Source: Mytilus californianus (taxonomy: Eukaryota). From it: a stretch of 64,000 nt of DNA. Position numbers and translations under genes: made by a program. Each line of letters starts with the position of its first letter. Position 1 is the stretch's first letter. The stretch lies in contig NW_026262679.1 in the NCBI RefSeq assembly GCF_021869535.1, positions 15,438,001 through 15,502,000 on the forward strand. Reading direction: 5' to 3'. The notes beneath the pieces were generated by a model. The model was not told the DNA's origin. It made no database searches and saw only the letters and a program-made list of their open reading frames with translations. Below, piece after piece: positions 21,593 to 31,729 of this stretch.

Positions 21593-24500
21593 TTATTTAT
21601 TTTCTGTAAATCTTTCAACAGATTTTTTCAAAAAGTCTACAATTACATCTAAAATTTTGCGAATAAAACTTTCCATTATTTCACCAAGGTTTTGATCTAC
21701 ATCATTATGTGTTTCTATGACCTTTTCTATCCACGGTAAGTATGAAGCCACTTTTGTGTAAATGTCAGGAAATCCTATCGCTTTGCATGACCTATCTCCC
21801 CAAGATGTCACTCCATACAGAACGAACTGTCCATTGATATTGCATACTAGTGGTCCTCCGGAATCTCCCTAGAAATAATACAAATTACATAAAATGTTTT
21901 GATGTTTGAGTGTCAGTATGCACTGAGGAAAATCGAATGCCAACCAAAACTAAAACTATGTACTGTATTTATGTAAGCTTGTGTATACTAAACGAAATAC
22001 GAGCTTTTATATTCCAGATTTGGACGTTTTATATTTTGGGTTATTGTATATACGCCATGTAAAATATAATAGTAGAATTACTTTTGCTGTTGGTTGTTTT
22101 TATGTATTTCAAAAATTAAGAACTTAAAGAGAGGGGAAAGATACCAAAGAGATATTCAAACTCATAAGCCAAAAACATGCCATGACAAAAAAAAAAAAGA
22201 AAAACGACGAGAAGACAATAAAAGCACACAAAACATAACATCGAAATTTAAAGACTGAGAAACACAATCCCCACAACAATTCGGAGGTGATCTCAGATGC
22301 TTCGGAAGGGTAAGCAGATCCTGCTTCACATGTGACACCCGTCGTACCATGCAATTTCAAACCCGGTGATAAGTCTAATTCGGTAGGTCACAATCGACGA
22401 AAAGAGGGCGGGAACTGAATCTGAGATACCGACAAAATCATGGTAAAAAAACGACTAACAACAGTCCTTAAACTACCTCACTAAAAGCTGATTTAAAGAT
22501 TGGGCAACACGAACTCCACCAAAACTCGGGGTTGAACTCAGATGTTCCGGAAGGGTAAACTGATACGTCATTACTTGGTAAACGTCTGCTCTTCTCGGCA
22601 AAACGTATACGAACTACCAGGTAAACTGATCGTAATATTTCATCAACAAAAATTATCATCTTAAATATAGAACATCACTTGCAATATGTTTGCATAATCT
22701 AAATATTTGATATGCACATGAAAAAGGATAAAATTATGAAGAAAAAAAAAACAATTTATGTAAAACACTACATGGTTGTACCTGGCATGATCCGGTATTG
22801 CCGTTTCCTGCACAAATGTGACTATCTAGTATATCTCCTTCCCATGATTGATTACAGCTGGCGGTAGACATAATAGATACATTTAAATGTTGAAGATGGC
22901 GTCTATCAGCGATACCTACAATAAAACACTCAATTGGCAAGTGTATGCGTATTTTTTTCGATTCAGTTTAATGATACCAAATCCAAAACATAAGCCTGAC
23001 AAACAATACATATATAATACAGATTTCAGTGCGCATATGACAAATGTTTCCGAAAATGACGTCTTGACGAAAGGGTTTTAAAACCAATACTACAAAATGT
23101 TTTGGGCATCAAAACAAAACCAAAAAAGGTCTAAACTTTGCACGAGGAAATTACAAACTAAGTTTAAGAACTTCTACATAATTTATTACCTGAGACTTTG
23201 TTCCAATATAACATTCAGTAATGTTAATGCCAACGGCCTAGCTACTGAGCGTTTGGTAACCTCGGAGAAAAACCATGGATTAAATAAAATGCAATGCCAT
23301 CGATAAAACTAAGAAATAATTGAGTGTCTTTTCGAATTTGCATTAAATATTCAACTAGTATAAAGATTTGTCTTACGTAAAATTAAGCATCGCGAGGAAA
23401 CGTCCAAAAACACTGTGTTTCAAGATTAAATTGCAGACTGTTTGAATCCTTCACCGACAATGAACTACGATTCATAAATTGATCTCCTTTATCAGTAAAT
23501 GTACATATATAAACATCTATGTCATTTGGTCTCCGGTGGAGAGTTGTCTAATTGGCAATCATACCACATCTTCTTATTTTTATATAGTACAGACATTTGT
23601 TTGTTGTTTAATACGGTAATGTGACCTCTAAATTTGATTTTCTGTTTGTAATATTACTATCTTATTGCGGTAGAATCCACATCACCTTATCTTATATAAG
23701 TGATCCTTTGACTTTCCATTCAGTCAGCAATCGGATATCTTTCAGTTACATAATAAAAAGATGTTTATTGTTAAAACAATCCTTGTTTGAGACGTAAGAA
23801 GTTAATTTTCTTCTTCTTCGTATTGATGTGTAAACAAACGACTATTATTTTTTTCCAATTCACATACGTTGCAAAACAAAACAAAGGAACATCTTACATA
23901 ATAATAATTACCTTTTGTGGATCCCCATCCGCTGATGTAACAATCAGAATTGATGTCATCTATATTGGTGAGGTTACTGATCGGAAGACAGGCAGTTCTT
24001 ATGTAATGATCAGAAATGTCGACAGGATGGACTAGTCGTATCAAGGCGATATCGTAAGGTATACCAGGAACATTTGCAATGTAGTCTGGATGCTGTATGT
24101 TTGGTTGTTAGAGATAAAAATAAATGGAAATGGTAAGCATCCATATTTTATTTTAATTTTAATATGTTTCACTTAAATATCTCTTTGTATGACGTTTCAA
24201 ACGACAATTGGCATAAAACAAAACGATTTTTAAGTTATTGTACCCATTTTTTGTGTTATTCGTTATCAAGTACCAAAAGCTGCAAGTGAAAAAAAAAATG
24301 GAATATATCAACTGATTTTTGGAATTAAATTAACTAATTGAAATATCTTGATAACTATTAGTAATTATGATAGACCGTAAGCCCAACAGTGTCTACTAAA
24401 TATAGTACAACATGACGAAAAAGTTATATTAATATTCGAATTTATTCCTTTAAATATCATTAATTCAATGGTATCCGGGGTAGAGAAACATGGCTGCCTG

Positions 24501-27500
24501 GTCCTCCTCCATCTGACCGGAGGACACCTGTTGGATTTTCAAATATCCAACGTGTCCGCTTTGATTAACTGAAAGTTATGTATGGGAACGCTCTTTGCAT
24601 TTTAAAAATCCATAACAACAACACTTCTGAAGTTTACCGTGCGGGATCTGTTGTAAGGCAGAAACATTTATGATAATATCCCTTGAATTATAATGTCCCG
24701 TCGCAGTCAGACTTGTATGTCCCCTGTCCAGATCAATATCCTTTTCGTATATCTGATATCGTTAACATGTTCGCGTCTTAAATATGAACGTCATACTACA
24801 TGAAAACCAACTAGCGTCCATCAATTTAAACAAATAGGTTCAAAATTACCACAATAGCATTGTACCGTGCTACCGTTTGTACTGCACATTTGAATGTATT
24901 TAACTAAGGTATCCAAAGCAAAACAGCAACAGGGAATGCATTTTAATTGAAATTATTTCAAAACATTTTGAACAAAAGTAGTACTTGCCACAATCCAGGT
25001 GTCTATCTGTACTAGTTCCTCGTTACCTGTCATAACGACTTTGTGGTGTTCACCAAGTGTTAGGTTCACTTCTGGTATGATTTTCCTGCAGTACAAAAAG
25101 ATTCATCAAACAAAAACAAATATCTTTACATTATATGACCCTGCCCAAAGACAGGACGTCTAGTTGACTGTCGTCTGTCGTAATTGCTTTTATTAGGCCG
25201 TTGGTTCTTCTGTTGTATTGTTTCAAATTGTGTTACATATATCTTAGGTATTTTATAGCTTATTAGACGTTATGGGTTCTAATCATTGTTGAATGTTGTA
25301 TGGTGACTTTAAGTTGTGTACAGCCTTGGTCTTTTGTTGGATAGTTGTCTCATTGGCAATCATACACAATCTATGTCTATATAAATTTCAAACCAGAAGT
25401 TTTTTGTAACATTTGTAACTAGTGGTGTTTAGAAAAGGTTTAAGATTTTAAGAAGCAATAACATGCGCTTTGGGAATGATCACCATCTTTTAGTATGTTT
25501 TGTGTAGCTAAGATAATGGAAAAGAGTAGAGAAGCGGCATATGTGAACTTTGATTGCTTTGGTATGAGCAATATCATGTTAAATACAGGAAATTGAGCTA
25601 AAATAACAAAGAAACTGTGTTGAAAATATATATAGCACAGAAATTATTCAAAGGAGGTTCATTGATCAAGCATCTGTTGAAGCAATTAAATAATTAAGAC
25701 ATGTAATAGATTTATAATAAAGGGAAACTATACCGTTCCAAGCAATGCGCAGCTGTAACGATCCATTGATTAGATATAAGGGTCCCACCACAAAAATGTC
25801 CATCTGCATCATCTATACTGACCATCCAAGGCCATTCCCCTTCTTCCGCAAACTGACCACCTACTATTCTAGATGTTTGATGAAAATGTTTAAGTTTTAT
25901 TCTTGTGACTTTACCACAAATATCTGTTTCTGAAAGACATAAAGTGTATTCTGAGTGCAATAAAATCTTAATATTTAAAGCATTAAATTAATAAATCATA
26001 TTCTGGTATCTTTTTGGGCTTGTATTATATTTGCCTTTGGGTTTATATGATCCGTTCATCCTATTTCGACTCTTCAAAATTCAAGAGTCTATCCTAAATT
26101 GAGGTAAATTATATGGCCTTCCAAATACCGTTTCGATTCCTAACATCACTGAAGAGACAATAATTGTCGAAATCCGGATATGGTGTACTAATTTTGGCAC
26201 CTTTTGTTTGCGATATATCATCTTTTCCGCAAGTTTTTTGTTTTCTTTTTGGTATCAAATTAATAGTTAAGATCCATTTTGTTACATCTGGTGATCCGTT
26301 TATTTGGCAATCGCCAATGGCAGTCAGCAGGGTTTAAGAACATCCGTTGTTCTACCTGCTAGTCAAATGCGTTTTGTTAAAATATACTTTTTCACTCATT
26401 TGGTCTTTTGGAAAATGTTGTTTGTGCTGTATTTAGACCCCTCTACCAAGAAATTTGTTTTGCATGCACACGTATAAAAATTGCGGTTTTTATCCAACGA
26501 AATCATAGGTTTGAACGTTTGTTTTCAATTTAGACTTGTTTATATTTTTTCGTTTGGGCTTGTATTATATTTGCCTTCGGGTTTATATGATCCGTTCATC
26601 CTATTTCGACTCTTCAAAATTCAAGAGTCAATTCCAAATTGAGGTAAATTATATGGCCTTCCAAATACCGTTTCGATTCCTAACATCACTGAAGAGACAT
26701 TAATTGTCGAAATCCGGAAATCCGGATATGGTGTACAAATTTTTTCACCTCATGTTTGCGGTATACCATCTTTTCCGCAAGTTTATTGTTTTCTGTTTGG
26801 TATTAAATTAATATAATTAAGATCCATTGTGTTATATCTGTGATCTGTTTATTTGGCAATCGCCATGGCAGTCAGCAGAGTTTAAGAACATCCGTTGTTC
26901 GACCTGCTAGTCAAATGCGTTTTGTTAAAATATACTTTTTCACTTTTTTGGTCTTTTGGAAATTGTTGTTTGTGCTGTATTTAGACCCCTCTACAAAGAA
27001 ATTTGTTTTGCATGCACACGTATAAAAATTGCGGTTTTTATCCAACGAAATCATAGGTTTGAACGTTTGTTTTCAATTTAGACTTGTTTATATTTTTTCG
27101 TTTGGGCTTGTATTATATTTGCCTTCGGGTGTATATGATCCGTTCATCCTATTTCGACTCTTCAAAATTCAAGAGTCAATTCCAAATTGAGGTAAATTAT
27201 ATGACCTTCCAAATACCGTTTCGATTCCTAACATCACTGAAGAGACATTAATTGTCGAAATCCGGATATGGTGTACAAATTTTTGCACCTCATGTTTGCG
27301 GTATACCATCTTTTCCGCAAGTTTATTGTTTTCTGTTTGGTATTAAATTAATATAATCAAGATCCATTGTGTTATATCTGTGATCCGTTTATTTGGCAAT
27401 CGCCATGGCAGTCAGCAGGGTTTAAGAACATCCGTTGTTCGACCTGCTAGTCAAATGCGTTTTGTTAAAATATACTTTTTCACTTTTTTGGTCTTTTGGA

Positions 27501-27624
27501 AATTGTTGTTTGTGCTGTATTTAGACCCCAATACAAAGAAATTTGTTTTGCATGCACACGTATAAAAATTGCGGTTTTTATCCAACGAAATCATAGGTTT
27601 GAACGTTTGTTTTCAATTTAGATT

Positions 27625-27677
<53 letters not shown>

Positions 27678-29511
27678 GTAGATATAAGAAGATGTGGTAT
27701 GAGTGCTAATGAGACAACTCTCCATCCAAGTCAAACTTTATAAAAGTAAACCATTATAGGTCAAAGTACGGTCTTCAACACGGAGCCTTGGCTCACACCG
27801 AACAGCAAGCTATAAAGGGCCCCAAAAATTACTAGTGTAAAACCATTCAAACGGGAAAACCAACGGTCTAATCTATATAAAAAACGAGAAACGAGGAACA
27901 CTTATGAACCACATCAACAAACGACAACTACTGAACATCAGATTCCTGACTTAGGACAGGTGCAAACAATTGCAGCGGGTTTAAACGTTTTAATGGTACC
28001 AAACCTTCACCCTTATCTGAAACAATAGTGTAACATCACAACATAGAAAGACACACTATAAAATATCAATTGAAATGGCTTAACTCAATCAAAAGATATA
28101 TTAACACCAGTGAACATACACTGAACAAAAAAATTTGATCTATAATACAATGTAAATACAAAATAAATAAACTAAGGGAAGAATATTATAATTAAAGTAA
28201 CATGTTATACCGCTGTGAAATGTTAAACAATTTAAGAAAAACAATATGATTGAACAAAAATATTAGCCATTTGCAATTCCTTTAAACACAGGTAAATGAA
28301 AATAATTTTGTTGTTAGGTATACGTGTACAGTTCAATTGGAGAAAGGAAATATTTTTACAAAATAAATAATTTTAATATTCATAGTACGAAGAAGAGAAA
28401 AATTATAGTAATACCAAACACCTATCAAAGCTGGTATATAGACCAGATATAACCCTGAATAAGTAAACATTAAATAACAAAAAAGCATTACAATTAGTAT
28501 CTACAGGTCAAATAAACAAGAAAGTACGATTTGAGAGTACTCGCAGTTACTGACAGCTAGTTAAAAGCCAAACACAATTAATAATAAAAAATCATGCATC
28601 AGACACTAAAAACAACTAAAACACATCCCAGGGACTTAGTATTTTAACGTCATGGACAGTCAAAGAAGACAAGACTTGTGCAATGCCAAAAATAAATGTA
28701 TCGACAGGCAGTAGGATAGTTAGGAGTTAACCTCTTTATAGATGAAAATGAACGTGGGTGTGTCATTATACATCCCGTTTGAAAAGAATACAAATTTAGT
28801 AATGTTTTAATTTGCTGATGACAAAATCGATATTAGTGCCAATGTAAACTATATTCAAAGATCTAATTACATCATTGGTAAGATAACTTTTACTAATAAG
28901 TTTGTTTAAAGGTTCGATTAGTTTACACGGATCACATAGTGATTTCCGCGCTTTAAGTACAATATTACCGTAACATTTAGGATGTGAAATACCGTTTTTA
29001 ATCAGTTTTCTACAGGTACAGCAAGATTTACTAATCAAATCTTTGTATCTATGAAAGAATTTAGTAAATTCAAGATTTATTCCTTTGGTTTTTGGCTCTT
29101 GAACCTGATGTACTGAATGAGAGAGATGAAAAACAGTTTTATCAAAAACCAAAGGAATAAAATTGAACTTCTTACTATTTAACTCACACAATTACTTGTT
29201 TTGATTTAATAATCGCTATGTACAATAAGCTGCAAAAATATATTTAAAAGACATGTACAATAAGCTGCAAAAATTTCTTTACAGCATCTGTTTTTACCTG
29301 GATGGCCGCACGCGCCTGATGAAGCTAATTTGTTTAGCGAATTATCGCGTGAATATATAAAATATAATAACTATTTTTATAACACTCATTAGTGTGTTAA
29401 AGTTACATTATTAGGTATTTATATAATTTAATTTAGTAACTGCATCAGTTTATTTTCAAACTGATCCACGCCTAGATAGATTGAATGTTGATTGTTGCTA
29501 TTTTTAGACAC

Positions 29512-29547
<36 letters not shown>

Positions 29548-31698
29548 TTCTTACATTGATACCAGTGGATTATCGGATTTATGCAATCGAGATAGTTAAA
29601 ATTTATAATTTAACTATCGAGATTGGATAAATCCGATAATCCACGAGTAACTATGTAAGAATCTGTTTCTCTAATGATTAAAAAATAAATTTTCCTTTTT
29701 TGCTAAACTAAAATCACCTTTGAGTGCCTTCCACTTTCCATAAAGTTGTCAATTTCATTAACACCTGTTAGCATATTTTGATGCATCCAGTGCGCTGAGA
29801 AAGGTTATGACCCTTAAACTCATCCAATCATCATCTGAGATCACTGGCAACCACACGTTGATTAAATTTTTTTATACAATGGGTTCGGAAAGGGATAAAT
29901 TTCCATAGAATTAGAGAAATATATATATATATATATATATGTTTATATCGAGTCACGTGACCATCGGCATTATTATGAGGTCATCTTGATAGTAGATAAG
30001 ATGGCGTATAGTCTAAAATACGTACGAAATGCTGATACATTATAACAAGTGCATGCATTGTTAAATGTTTCTTTTTTACTTTTCATAACTTGCATAAACG
30101 TTTTAGTATGTTATAAATCAAATATAAGAATTTAAGCCAAATCGATGAACATGAATTTGACAGCTAATGCACCTTTAATGCACACAATTATCTCGATTTT
30201 AGAAAAACAAAACATAATAAATAACAAGCCATTTATAGATGTCACATGCTGGTAACAGCAATTACCAATAATTCGAATCTGTTGACTGCAAAAATGATAT
30301 AGAAAGCACTGAACGGATAAACTTTTAGCTTTGTAGTGAAGGGATATAATTGTTTTTGTATATGAACGACACAGAGTTGTAACTGCCAACAATACTACAT
30401 TGTGATCTGTATAAATTGTAAATACTAGATATTGTAACGTCTAATAACATAAACGGTACCAATTTTTCTGCACCAGATGCGCATTTCGACAATCAATGCC
30501 TCTTCAGTGATGCTAGAGGCCAAAATATTTGAAAATCCAAAGCTTATTAAAAAGATGAAGAGCTATAAACCAAAAAAAGGACAAAAAAGTATAACCAAAG
30601 CCGGGCAAGGAATCAGAGCTTTGCATTACACAGAGATCAGATTTTCTATGTGACGGTTGATATTCCAGGTATTAGTTGTATAAATTATACTGAATGTGAA
30701 GCAGAAGGAAATATCTACAATGTACTGGCTAGGTATCTGTATCTGTAAGACACTTCATAAATACTATCGCGACATTTTGCATAATTACCTGGCTGTGGTG
30801 GTTCCGGGTGTGTCGTAGATGGAGCTGGTTTACAACATGTCTGACTGTTACGACAAAGAGCCCACGTATCTGTAAATCCTACACATACTGATGTATCATT
30901 TACACAAGTACCTCCCTTAGGTGTACAGGTATCAATATCTGGTAATGGAGGTCCTGGAAAACTCGTTCCTGAGGAATACATCGTGCTAGTTATATCAGAT
31001 TTTCCTTCGTCAATACATATAAAAGGAATGTTTTCTTAGGTTAAGAAAGATGGAATCAAGGCAGCAAAGAGGGGTCGCATATAATTAATTACACGATATA
31101 ATTTAACCATAAAGAGTTGTTGAGACCAGAAACCATATGAAGTGGAGGAACCAACTATAGGTCACCGTCCGGCATTACACAAAGAACAAACACATTCCGC
31201 ATATTCTGCTATAAAAGGCATGACAAAATGCTAAGCAATTTAAATCAGAAAACCAACGGCCGGATTTATGATAAAACAATAAACGTAAAACAACGACAAC
31301 TACTCAGTCTGAATCACAGGCTCCTGACTTGGGACATGCACATATAGCATGCAGCTGTGGTAAACCCTCATCTGGAACAGTGGTGTAACAGCATAAGATA
31401 TGAAAACAAACTGTAAAATTCAGTTGGAAAAAGTTTGCCCAATAAGACTGACACGAAGCACAAAAATTAACATTTTGTAAAGCATGACTACTTTAAAGCG
31501 TTCGCTGTTTGTATTCGTATTTTCTTTTTGCCATTAAACCCGTCTGATTGCATTTATCTTGATCGTTTTTGTATTGTGTCTCTGGTTGTCCATTTAACAG
31601 ACTCTGTACGGTATTTTAGGGAGACCATGATATTTTTTTTGTTTGTTTTTGTTTGTTTTGTTATTTGTTTTTATGTTTTTTATACGGGTGAGGGGTTT

Positions 31699-31729
<31 letters not shown>

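Larger units (their letters stand above)
26013..27627 (+). mobile_element. Tandem array (3 x ~540 nt) of a hammerhead-ribozyme-containing repeat (retrozyme-like)
   Basis: Three near-identical units with CUGAAGA cores at 26149, 26689 and 27237 (spacings 540 and 548); no conserved ORF; ends at tttagatttgt|(TA)n. Lies antisense in a protease intron. Confidence 0.85.

Noticed and set aside
26840-27565. Repeated 61-aa ORFs in the 540-nt units (also 59981-60747)
   Set aside because: Short, alternative start codons, disrupted differently among copies, no protein motif; the repeat is best read as non-coding.
29311-29350. CUGAUGA..GAA hammerhead-like motif
   Set aside because: A15.1 is missing and stem III has no room to form; relic.
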